Source: Fibrobacteria bacterium
Lineage (GTDB): Bacteria > Fibrobacterota > Fibrobacteria > UBA11236
DNA length: 64,000 bases
NCBI GenBank assembly: GCA_043745805.1
Contig: JAYTSD010000032.1
Location: 32,001-96,000, forward strand
Direction of reading: 5' to 3'
Shown: piece by piece, positions 17,120-25,932 of the stretch
Layout of the letters: each line of letters opens with the position of its first letter
Numbering within the stretch: position 1 is the first letter of the stretch
Program-made: the position numbers and the translations under genes
Notes under the pieces: model-generated
Told to the model about the DNA's origin: nothing
What the model saw: only the letters and a program-made list of their open reading frames with translations
The model's database searches: none

Positions 17120-18793
17120 TTATTCAAAATGAGCCAATAAAATACCTCGTGAGCCGAGGTATTTTAATTCGGCATAATAAATATTTCCACGATGGCGCAG
17201 GGTAAAGGGAATGACTTTGCCCTTTAAATCAATTAAAGTGGGAGCAAAAAGAGGATTGGTTAAGGAGGGGAGAAATAAAATCCCCAAGCCATTATAAGCT
17301 AAGCTATGCCAATTATTGGGTGAATGGGGAGGAATGGGCTGATTTTGCTTTAAATATTTCCATGCTGCATTGACATCAATTAGCCCGTAACCAATACTAT
17401 CATTTGGATGATCCGCTAAATTGGAAGTGTTTTTTAAAGCTGCACGAATTTCGCTTGCAGTGGCTTGAGGATAGTATTGACGTAACAAAGCGGCTACCCC
17501 TGCTACTACTGGGGCCGCAAAGCTTGTTCCCGTTGCGGGATTAAAGCCATTTAAACTGGAAACATTAGCGACTGGCACGGCACAGTTTGAACCCATACCC
17601 ATGGATACCAAATCCGGTTTTATGCGTCCATCAAATGAGGGGCCTGTTGAGGAATAAGAACAGCGTTTTCTTTGGGTATTGGCTATCCCCACGGCCAATA
17701 TACTGTCGGCATCTGCAGGTGAGCTTATATTAGGCGAAGCATGGGTAGTGCCTTCATTGCCCATCGCTATCGTAAGTACCACATCGCGCTCTGCGGCTTT
17801 AGTCGCGGCAATCGAAGCGGGTAAAGTTTTTCCATCCAATTGAGAATAAGGAAAATTTGCACTGGTATCAAAGTCATAGCGATAACCTAAGCTAATGCTC
17901 ATCACCTGTGCGCCATGCAGAGTGGCTCGTTCAATGGCGGAGGCCACATAATCTTCTTCGACATAGCTTTCGGTTTCATCTACTTCGGCATGATAAAGTA
18001 AAAGTTGTACGCTTGGCGACACCCCCACCATTTTTCCTGGTGAATTTCCCGCTATGAGCGATAAACAGTTGGCTCCATGACTATCGCCTAAGGAATCTAA
18101 ATGTACTGAGTTGGTATCATTCTGCGTGAAATCCCATTGATCGATAATTTGCTTTTTGATTTTTAAGCTATCGAAAACATGATTTCCTAAATTAAATTGC
18201 ACATCGATCACTGCTAATTTTACACCATCGCCTGGAAGTAAATTTTCTTGCGCAAATATTTGTTGTAAATAAGTAATGCGTAGCGAATCAAAGAGGGCTT
18301 GCGTTTGTCCCAAATTTAGGGAGCCTGTGGACGACTCGGTAAAAGGTTCGGCCGCCCAAGCCTTTTTCTCCAAATTTTCTCGCACAAGGAGTTTATGAGG
18401 GAATTCTTTCACTGAAGCAATGCCGGGTAATTTTTTTAATTCCTCCAACTGATCGGGACGAATAAATGCCGAAATTTGGTTTTGCCAAAGCAGCTTTACT
18501 AAAGGATGAATTCCCAAATTCTCCAAACTATTTAAATAAGGAGCATAGAGCGGAAAGTCTTCCCAGGCTCTTTTGTTCTTGAATATTTGATCGCTAGACA
18601 TTTTAGCGACCATTGATGCCATTGATACCTTAGGCGCGAGTGGACCTTTGTCTTGCAATGCGATCCATACTTTTATTTTTGCCGCAGGCTCGGGTTGGAA
18701 TTCACTTGCAAAAAGCCATCCTAAATTTAAAGTTAAACATAGGCCTAAGCGAATCAGCCAAAAAAATGAGGGAAGAAAAACCTTATAATTCAT
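17120..18793 (-). CDS. Secreted S8 (subtilisin-family) serine peptidase
   Basis: Catalytic triad LAVID / SHGANC / GTSFAAPVVAG, oxyanion AMGNEG, IKPDL, GYGLID; signal peptide and propeptide. Confidence 0.92.
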   Translation of the reverse strand: MNYKVFLPSFFWLIRLGLCLTLNLGWLFASEFQPEPAAKIKVWIALQDKGPLAPKVSMASMVAKMSSDQIFKNKRAWEDFPLYAPYLNSLENLGIHPLVKLLWQNQISAFIRPDQLEELKKLPGIASVKEFPHKLLVRENLEKKAWAAEPFTESSTGSLNLGQTQALFDSLRITYLQQIFAQENLLPGDGVKLAVIDVQFNLGNHVFDSLKIKKQIIDQWDFTQNDTNSVHLDSLGDSHGANCLSLIAGNSPGKMVGVSPSVQLLLYHAEVDETESYVEEDYVASAIERATLHGAQVMSISLGYRYDFDTSANFPYSQLDGKTLPASIAATKAAERDVVLTIAMGNEGTTHASPNISSPADADSILAVGIANTQRKRCSYSSTGPSFDGRIKPDLVSMGMGSNCAVPVANVSSLNGFNPATGTSFAAPVVAGVAALLRQYYPQATASEIRAALKNTSNLADHPNDSIGYGLIDVNAAWKYLKQNQPIPPHSPNNWHSLAYNGLGILFLPSLTNPLFAPTLIDLKGKVIPFTLRHRGNIYYAELKYLGSRGILLAHFE

Positions 18794-18831
18794 CAATGAA
18801 TATCATATCCCATTTATGTTTAAAGTCCAAG

Positions 18832-18870
18832 TTATAGCCGAACATAGCTGAATATAGCCAATATAGCTAG
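18832..18870. repeat. Four tandem ATAGC-core repeats with 9-10 bp period
   Basis: TTATAGCCGA ACATAGCTGA ATATAGCCA ATATAGCTAG in the divergent S8/trpE intergenic region. Confidence 0.6.
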
Positions 18871-18940
18871 AAGTACTTTTACTAGATTATACCTCAATAA
18901 TAAAAAGAAGGATTGCGCCATTTGGCTGCGCCCAAAAGTT

Positions 18941-20407
18941 ATGCTAAGAACCTTAGATGAAGTTCGGAAACTTACGGCTGCGGGCAATGTAATTCCGATT
19001 TACAAAGAATTTCCCGCAGATTTAGATACACCTATCACGGCTTTGCTCAAATTAAAAAGACAAGGGCAAGGGGTATTTCTTTTAGAAAGTATTGAAGTGG
19101 GTGAAAAGCTTGCGCGCTTTTCTTTTTTGGGAAGAAATCCACGGACGGTTTTTCAATCTAAAGATGAAAATATTTTTATTTCCGGCGAAGGTGAAAAATC
19201 CTACGTAGGCAAGCCTTTAGTAGAATTACAGGAATTTATGAATCGCTTTCGTGGCGTACAGGATGCTGCTTTACCCGCTTTTTCTGGTGGAGCTGTGGGA
19301 TTTGTATGTTACGATGCTGTGCGCTTAGTGGAAAAAATTCCCGCGACCGGAAAAGATGATTATCAATTACCGGATTTGCATTTTGGTTTTTATCCTGCCT
19401 TTATCGTTTTCGATCATTTACAACATAAATTACGCATTGTCGCGAATGTATTAGTGGATGAATATGCTAGCTTGGAGGCCGCCTATACGGTTGCTTTGGC
19501 GCAAATTGAAGCTTTGGAAGCCGAAATCAATGAGCCTTTATTGCTTCCTAAAAAAGAAAATAAAACCATACCCTCTCCAGTATGGGCATCCAACTATACC
19601 GCTGAAGGGTATTTAAAAGGCGTTCAGGATTGCAAAGAATACATTAAGGCGGGCGATGCTTTTCAAATCGTTTTGGCTCAGCGCTTTACCTGTAAACCTG
19701 AGGTTACGGCCTTGCAAATTTATCGGGCTCTGCGGGGAATTAATCCTTCGCCGTATATGTATTATCTCGACTATGGCGATTTTGAAATTGTCGGTGCTTC
19801 TCCCGAAACTTTAGTGAAGGTGCAAGATGGTCTTGCGGAAACCAAGCCTATTGCGGGTACCCGCCGCCGCGGAAAAAATGCAGCGGAAGATTTAGCCTTA
19901 GAAAAAGAATTATTGGCGGATGCTAAAGAACGTGCGGAGCATTTAATGCTTGTCGATTTAGGCCGTAATGATATTGGCCGCGTTTCGGAATACGGTAGCG
20001 TAGAAGTGACGCAATTTATGGACGTCGAACGCCATAGCCATGTCATGCATATTGAATCGGTAGTGCGCGGGAAATTAAAACCCGAATATACCGCTTTGCA
20101 AGCCTTGATGTCTTGCTTTCCGGCGGGGACATTATCGGGAGCACCCAAGATTCGTGCGATGGAAATTATCGATAGCTTAGAGCCTACACGCCGTGGGCTT
20201 TATGGCGGAGCTATTTGTTATATGGATTTTCGTGGCAACTTAGATTCTTGCATTGCTATTCGCACCTTGATGTTAAAAGATGGTGTGGCTTATGTGCAAG
20301 CGGGAGCAGGCATTGTAGCCGATTCGGATCCGCAAGCGGAATTCGAAGAAACCGGACATAAAGCACAAGCCGTGATGAATGCTGTGGCAGAGGCGAGGAA
20401 AATATGA
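18941..20407 (+). CDS. trpE: Anthranilate synthase component I
   Basis: FLLES, GDAFQIV, NPSPYMY, PIAGTR, KERAEHLMLVDLGRND, GTLSGAPKIRAM. Confidence 0.96.
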   Translation: MLRTLDEVRKLTAAGNVIPIYKEFPADLDTPITALLKLKRQGQGVFLLESIEVGEKLARFSFLGRNPRTVFQSKDENIFISGEGEKSYVGKPLVELQEFMNRFRGVQDAALPAFSGGAVGFVCYDAVRLVEKIPATGKDDYQLPDLHFGFYPAFIVFDHLQHKLRIVANVLVDEYASLEAAYTVALAQIEALEAEINEPLLLPKKENKTIPSPVWASNYTAEGYLKGVQDCKEYIKAGDAFQIVLAQRFTCKPEVTALQIYRALRGINPSPYMYYLDYGDFEIVGASPETLVKVQDGLAETKPIAGTRRRGKNAAEDLALEKELLADAKERAEHLMLVDLGRNDIGRVSEYGSVEVTQFMDVERHSHVMHIESVVRGKLKPEYTALQALMSCFPAGTLSGAPKIRAMEIIDSLEPTRRGLYGGAICYMDFRGNLDSCIAIRTLMLKDGVAYVQAGAGIVADSDPQAEFEETGHKAQAVMNAVAEARKI

Positions 20408-20979
20408 TTCTCATACTCGACAATTATGATTCCTTTACTTTTAATTTGGTGCAATATATTGGCGAACAAAATCCCAATTTAAAAGTAATACGCAATGATC
20501 AGCATGCGGTAGCCGAAGTATTAGCGATGCGTCCTTCGCATATAGTGATTTCACCTGGGCCTTGTACGCCTAAAGAAGCTGGCATTTCTATTGAGTTAAT
20601 TAAAAATACTCCGGCCTCCATTCCTTTGTTGGGAGTTTGTTTGGGGCATCAAAGTTTAGGCGAAGCTTTTGGTGGTAAGGTTATTCGTGCCCCCTTTCCT
20701 ATGCATGGCAAAACCGATGGTATACAATGTCAAAGTATAGGCTTATTCCAAGGTTTACCTGAAACCTTTACAGCCACACGTTACCATTCCCTAATTGTAG
20801 AACGCGAAAGCTTGCCGAGTACCTTGGAAGTTACGGCTACGAATAAAGACAATATTATTATGGGACTTAAACATAAAACCCTGCCTTTATTTGGTTTACA
20901 ATTTCATCCCGAATCTATTTTAACCGAACATGGTAAAATCATGATCGCTAATTTTCTTGCCATGAAAGGGTCGGTATGA
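20404..20979 (+). CDS. trpG: Anthranilate synthase component II (glutamine amidotransferase)
   Basis: DNYDSFTFNL, SPGP, GVCLGHQ, RYHSL, QFHPES; ATGA overlap with trpE. Confidence 0.95.
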   Translation: MILILDNYDSFTFNLVQYIGEQNPNLKVIRNDQHAVAEVLAMRPSHIVISPGPCTPKEAGISIELIKNTPASIPLLGVCLGHQSLGEAFGGKVIRAPFPMHGKTDGIQCQSIGLFQGLPETFTATRYHSLIVERESLPSTLEVTATNKDNIIMGLKHKTLPLFGLQFHPESILTEHGKIMIANFLAMKGSV

Positions 20980-22004
20980 GTTTTTCGCTTTGGCTCGGTA
21001 AACTAATCAAAAAAGAAAATCTCACTGCGCCGGAAATGGGCGAAGCGATGGCTGGTCTTATGGACGGGCAATGGACGCAAGCGCAAATAGGTGCATTCTT
21101 AATTGCCTTGCGTATAAAAGGCGAATCGCCAGCGGAAATTGGTGCGGCGGTAAAAGTGTTACGCGAAAAAGCAACGCGTGTACCTACTACCCGCAAACCC
21201 TTGGTGGATACTTGCGGAACAGGTGGTGATCATAGTGGCACCTTTAATGTGTCTACGGCAAGTGCCATTGTAGCCGCAGGGGCAGGTGTGGCTATTGCGA
21301 AACATGGCAATCGTGCGATTAGTAGTCGCTGTGGAAGTGCCAATGTATTGCAAGAATTAGGGGTTAACTTAGAGATGACAGCGGAACAGGTAGGGGCTTG
21401 TGTCGATGCCGTGGGTATTGGTTTTCTGTTCGCTCCTAAATTGCATTCGGCGATGAAGCATGTGGCGGGCCCTCGTCAAGAGTTGGGACAACGCACCATA
21501 TTTAATTTAATGGGACCTATGCTGAATCCTGCGCATGCCAAAAGACAAGTCATAGGCGTTTACGATATGAATTTAACCCGTGTCTTTGCGGAAGTATTAA
21601 GCGACTTACAATCCGAGCATGTGCTAGTGGTGGCCGGTACGGATGGACTCGATGAAATTACTCTTACGGCGCCTAGCAAAATCGCCGAACTTAAAAACGG
21701 GGAAATCAAAGAATATATTTTGAATCCGCAAGACTTAGGTTTTTCGCTTTGTGAAAAAAATGATTTGGTTGGTGGCGATGCACCCGAAAATGCGGCGATA
21801 CTTCGCTCCATATTCCAAGGTAAAAAGGGTGCGCCACGCGATATTGTAGTTTTGAATGCCGCTGCGGCCATTTATGTTTCGGGCGAAGCGAATTCCTTAA
21901 AAGAAGGGGTAACCTTGGCCATACGCACAATTGATTCGGGTGCTGCGCAAGCCACCCTAGAGAAATTTGTGGCTTTTTCAAAAACCTGTTTGCCAACCTC
22001 TTAG
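20976..22004 (+). CDS. trpD: Anthranilate phosphoribosyltransferase
   Basis: DTCGTGGD, FNVST, AKHGNRAISS, GLDEI. Confidence 0.97.
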   Translation: MSFSLWLGKLIKKENLTAPEMGEAMAGLMDGQWTQAQIGAFLIALRIKGESPAEIGAAVKVLREKATRVPTTRKPLVDTCGTGGDHSGTFNVSTASAIVAAGAGVAIAKHGNRAISSRCGSANVLQELGVNLEMTAEQVGACVDAVGIGFLFAPKLHSAMKHVAGPRQELGQRTIFNLMGPMLNPAHAKRQVIGVYDMNLTRVFAEVLSDLQSEHVLVVAGTDGLDEITLTAPSKIAELKNGEIKEYILNPQDLGFSLCEKNDLVGGDAPENAAILRSIFQGKKGAPRDIVVLNAAAAIYVSGEANSLKEGVTLAIRTIDSGAAQATLEKFVAFSKTCLPTS

Positions 22005-22016
22005 AATTATTTCATT

Positions 22017-22820
22017 ATGCCCCACGATATACTTACAAAAATTATTACCGCTAAAAAAATACGTTTAGAAAAACGTAAACAAGAAAGGCCTTTGTCGCTT
22101 GTAGAGCAAGTAGCTAGGGCTTTGCCAGCCCCGCAAAAGAATTTTTTAAAAATTTTACGAGCTAAATCCACTTCACCCATTCCTCTGCATATTATTGCCG
22201 AAGTGAAAAAAGCTTCACCCTCCAAAGGCGTGATTCGCGAAGATTTTAAACCTTTGGAAATTGCCCAAGCTTATGCGCGTGGTGGTGCGAGTGCCGTATC
22301 GGTACTTACAGAAGAAGATTTTTTCCAAGGGCAGGACGTTTATTTGCAACAAATCGCGAGCTCCGTGGCGATACCGGCTTTACGCAAAGATTTTATTATC
22401 GATCCCTATCAAATTTTTGAAGCCAAATGTTTAGGCGCTTCAGCTTTTTTGCTACTCGTGAATTGTTTATCGCCAGAAATGTTAAAGAATTTTATTGCTT
22501 TGGGTCAAGAACTGGGATTGACGCCTTTGGTAGAAACACATACGGCCGAAGAAATTCAAATTGCTTTGGATGCGGGCGCGAATTTGATTGGCATCAATAA
22601 TCGGGATCTGAAAACTTTTAATATTTCCTTAGAGGTAACCTTCAAGTTAAGAACTTTAATTCCCGTATCCATCCCGGTTATTTCGGAATCGGGAATTTTT
22701 ACTGCTCAAAATATGCAACGCTTGGTGGATGCCGGTGTGAATGCTGCCTTAATTGGTGAAAGCCTTATGCGGGAGACGAACATGGAAAAAAAACTAAGGG
22801 AATTGCTCGGTTTTGATTAA
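22017..22820 (+). CDS. trpC: Indole-3-glycerol phosphate synthase
   Basis: IIAEVKKASPSKG, SVLTE, LRKDFI, GINNRDL, ISESGI, LIGESLM. Confidence 0.97.
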   Translation: MPHDILTKIITAKKIRLEKRKQERPLSLVEQVARALPAPQKNFLKILRAKSTSPIPLHIIAEVKKASPSKGVIREDFKPLEIAQAYARGGASAVSVLTEEDFFQGQDVYLQQIASSVAIPALRKDFIIDPYQIFEAKCLGASAFLLLVNCLSPEMLKNFIALGQELGLTPLVETHTAEEIQIALDAGANLIGINNRDLKTFNISLEVTFKLRTLIPVSIPVISESGIFTAQNMQRLVDAGVNAALIGESLMRETNMEKKLRELLGFD

Positions 22821-23277
22821 GGTACTATTTGTTTGCTTGGGTAATATTTGCCGTTCGCCTCTGGCTGAAGGAGTGTTTTTGCATTTGCTGCAACAAAAAG
22901 ATTTACTACAAAATTTTAGTGTTGATTCTGCGGGCACAGGGGATTGGCATGTAGGTCATGGAGCGGATAAACGTTCGCAAGCTGTGGCAAAGCAAAATGG
23001 TTTCGAATTGTACAGCAAAGCAAGACAAGTAAAAATCAGTGACTTCACTGAATTCGATTGGATTATTGCAATGGACGATAATAATCGCGAAGATTTAAAA
23101 CGACTCTGCCTTCCTGCTTTGCAAAGCAAAATTATTTTAATGCGCGACTTTGATATTCCCGAATTTAAAGGGGAAGATGTTCCCGATCCCTATTATGGGG
23201 GAGATGAAGGCTTTATCCATGTGTATCTTATGCTGGAACGCTCTTGCGCGAATTTTTTAGAGCATATTAAAACTTAG
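22813..23277 (+). CDS. Low molecular weight protein-tyrosine phosphatase
   Basis: VCLGNICRSP P-loop, DSAGT, DVPDPYYG; TTG start overlapping trpC. Confidence 0.93.
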   Translation: MIKVLFVCLGNICRSPLAEGVFLHLLQQKDLLQNFSVDSAGTGDWHVGHGADKRSQAVAKQNGFELYSKARQVKISDFTEFDWIIAMDDNNREDLKRLCLPALQSKIILMRDFDIPEFKGEDVPDPYYGGDEGFIHVYLMLERSCANFLEHIKT

Positions 23278-23324
23278 AGCATTCAATCCTGCACAAAGGA
23301 ATGTACTTTTGGTAACATTCTAGT

Positions 23325-24554
23325 ATGAAAACTAAAGGATTTACCACTTCGATTTTACATGCGGATCGGCTCGATCATCCTGAGCATGGTTCATTACACA
23401 AACCCATTCACACTTCTATTGCTTATGGCTATACGCGTGCCGAGGATTTGGCTGCGGTATTTCAGGGACGTACCAAAGGTTATGCCTATGCTCGTCAAGC
23501 GAATCCTACGGTAGCGGCTTTAGAATATAAAATCACGCAAATGGAACAAGGGGTAGGCTCGCTTTGTTTTTCAACCGGCATGGCGGCTTTAGGGGCCTTG
23601 TTTATTGCTTTACTGCGCAAAGGTGATCATATTGTTTCTAGTGCGTATTTGTTTGGAAATACTAATAGTCTATTACAAACATTAATCGCTATTGGCATTG
23701 ATGTGACTTTTGTGGATGCCACGCAAGCGGCCAATGTGGAAAAAGCTCTGACTTCGCAAACTAAAATGGTGTTGGTGGAAACCATTGCTAATCCAGTGAC
23801 GCAGGTTGCAGATATGAAAAATATCGGAAAACTGTGTGCGGAAAAAGGTTTGATTTATATCATAGACAATACTTTAACTTCGCCTTATTTATTTAAGCCC
23901 AAAGATGTGCAAGCCACTTTTAGCGTCAATTCTTTATCTAAATATATTGGTGGTCATGGCAACGCTTTAGGCGGTAGCCTCACGGATACGGGTTTATTTG
24001 ATTGGACTAAATTTTCGGGATTATATGATATTTATAAAACCGGCGATGCCAAACTATGGGCCATGTTGCAATTGCGAAAAAAAGGTTTGCGCGATTTTGG
24101 CGGCACACTAGCACCTGAACCCGCTCATGTTATTTCCGTAGGCGCCGAAACGCTTTCTTTACGCATGGAAAAATCTTGTGAGAATGCAATGGCTTTAGCC
24201 CAGCTTTTGAAAAAAAATCCCAAGGTGAAAAAAACTAATTATCCGGGTTTAGCTTCGCATCCTCAGCATGCTTTGGCGCAGGAATTATTTCATCGTCCGG
24301 CGGCTTTAATCAGCTTTGAATTAGGGGAAAGTGAAGATTGCTTTGCCTTTTTAAATCGTTTACAGTTGGCTATTTGCTCTAGTAACATTGGGGATACCCG
24401 TACCTTGGTTATTCCGGTAGCGCATACGATTTTCTTTGAAATGGGTCCCGAAAGACGGGCGAGTATGGGCATTTCCGAAAACTTAATTCGTTTGTCGGTG
24501 GGAATTGAAGATACGCAAGATTTATTAGAGGATTTTGCTCAAGCTTTAGGTTGA
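23325..24554 (+). CDS. PLP-dependent Cys/Met metabolism enzyme (cystathionine gamma-synthase / O-acylhomoserine sulfhydrylase family)
   Basis: YARQANPT, STGMAA, ETIANP, DNT, NSLSKYIGGHG (PLP Lys), NIGDTRTL, RLSVGIED. Confidence 0.9.
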   Translation: MKTKGFTTSILHADRLDHPEHGSLHKPIHTSIAYGYTRAEDLAAVFQGRTKGYAYARQANPTVAALEYKITQMEQGVGSLCFSTGMAALGALFIALLRKGDHIVSSAYLFGNTNSLLQTLIAIGIDVTFVDATQAANVEKALTSQTKMVLVETIANPVTQVADMKNIGKLCAEKGLIYIIDNTLTSPYLFKPKDVQATFSVNSLSKYIGGHGNALGGSLTDTGLFDWTKFSGLYDIYKTGDAKLWAMLQLRKKGLRDFGGTLAPEPAHVISVGAETLSLRMEKSCENAMALAQLLKKNPKVKKTNYPGLASHPQHALAQELFHRPAALISFELGESEDCFAFLNRLQLAICSSNIGDTRTLVIPVAHTIFFEMGPERRASMGISENLIRLSVGIEDTQDLLEDFAQALG

Positions 24555-24581
24555 AATGTCGTAAAAAAGTGGAGAGGTAAA

Positions 24582-25790
24582 TTAATTTATCTCCGGCCAT
24601 CGACAAATTATGCGTTTAACAATTTCATCGGCAATAGCTAATGATGCTGTGGCGGCGGGAGATGGAGCATTGAGCACATGCAAGCTTCGCTCCCCTTCTT
24701 GAAAATAAAAATCATCCACTAATGAACCGTCTGTATGTAATGCTTGGGCTCGCACACCGGCTTCGGCGGATGTAAGCATATCGGCTTGGATTGCCGGAAC
24801 CAATTTTTGCAGCGCTTTGACAAAAGCTGCTTTGGAAAAAGAGCGATGAATTTCTGTTAAGCCCATTTTCCAATAACGTAAAGCTAGTTTGCGAAATCCC
24901 GCATTAAGTAAAACCGCTGTGAGTTCCGAAAAGGAAAAATCCATTTTCCGATACCCTTCACGTTTCATGGCCAAGACCGCATTGGGTCCGCATTCGGTGC
25001 TACCGTCAATCATACGAGTAAAATGCACACCTAAAAATGGAAAGGCGGGATCGGGAACCGGATAAATCAAATTACGAATCAAGCCTTTTTCTTCTGGCTT
25101 TAGCAAAAAATATTCTCCGCGAAAAGGGATAATGGCAATGCTAGGCTTTAATCCATCGAGCTTGGCTAAATGATCACTATAAAGTCCACCGCAATTAATA
25201 ATGAGATTTGCAGTGTATGAATTTTTATGGGTGATAATTTTTTTGCTTTCATTTTCATGGCTAATGCTTAAAACCTTTTCCCCTAAATGAATAGCGCCTC
25301 CCAATTGGAGAATACATTGGGCTAATTTTTCGGAAACCGTAAGGTAATTAACAATTCCTGTTTCGGGCACATGTAAACCGGCGATCCCTGTAGCGGAGGG
25401 CTCTAAGTTTTTTATTTCGTTTTGGGTTAAACGCCGGCAACCCTTTAAGCCATTTGCCTGCGCCTTAGCCCATAATTTATCTAATTCTGGAATTTGTTCG
25501 CTTTCAGTTGCGACAATAATTTTTCCACAAATATCATAGGGAATATTTTGGACTTGGCAAAAAGCAATTAGTTGTCGATACCCTTCTCGACATAATTGGG
25601 CTTTATAACTTCCGGGTTTATAGTAAATACCACTATGAATCACGCCACTATTGCGTCCTGTTTGATGTTGAGCTACACCCTTTTCTTTTTCTAAGAGCAA
25701 AAGTTTGGCCGCGGGAAATTTTTGCAAAAGCTTATAGGCGGTGGCTAATCCAACAATACCTCCGCCTATTACTATAAAGGAATATTTCAT
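24582..25790 (-). CDS. lhgO: L-2-hydroxyglutarate oxidase
   Basis: GGGIVGLA, HQTGRNSGVIHSGIYY, FRGEY, IYPVPDP.FPFLGVHFT, GVRAQA, NAPSPAATASL. Confidence 0.93.
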   Translation of the reverse strand: MKYSFIVIGGGIVGLATAYKLLQKFPAAKLLLLEKEKGVAQHQTGRNSGVIHSGIYYKPGSYKAQLCREGYRQLIAFCQVQNIPYDICGKIIVATESEQIPELDKLWAKAQANGLKGCRRLTQNEIKNLEPSATGIAGLHVPETGIVNYLTVSEKLAQCILQLGGAIHLGEKVLSISHENESKKIITHKNSYTANLIINCGGLYSDHLAKLDGLKPSIAIIPFRGEYFLLKPEEKGLIRNLIYPVPDPAFPFLGVHFTRMIDGSTECGPNAVLAMKREGYRKMDFSFSELTAVLLNAGFRKLALRYWKMGLTEIHRSFSKAAFVKALQKLVPAIQADMLTSAEAGVRAQALHTDGSLVDDFYFQEGERSLHVLNAPSPAATASLAIADEIVKRIICRWPEIN

Positions 25791-25932
25791 TTCTGAAAGA
25801 AAGTATAAATCAAGAAATGATTCGGTTGGAAGGGCAAAATCATGTTATTTTTCAACTGGAATTTTAGTCTTCGAAACTTATACTTTTCTGAGATTTTTTA
25901 TGCGTATGGTTTATTTGTGAACGGGATGGATT

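Noticed and set aside
17120-18793. S8 peptidase as the A subunit (SubA-like) of the AB5-like locus
   Set aside because: Opposite strand, separated by valS, and has an ordinary propeptide plus CTD-like tail.
18832-18940. TRAP site or trp attenuator leader
   Set aside because: UAG triplets are too few and too widely spaced, and no Trp-codon leader peptide or terminator is visible.
22813-23277. Arsenate reductase ArsC (given the ArsM-like gene)
   Set aside because: CLGNICRS and DPYYG are phosphatase-type motifs, and there is no ars context.
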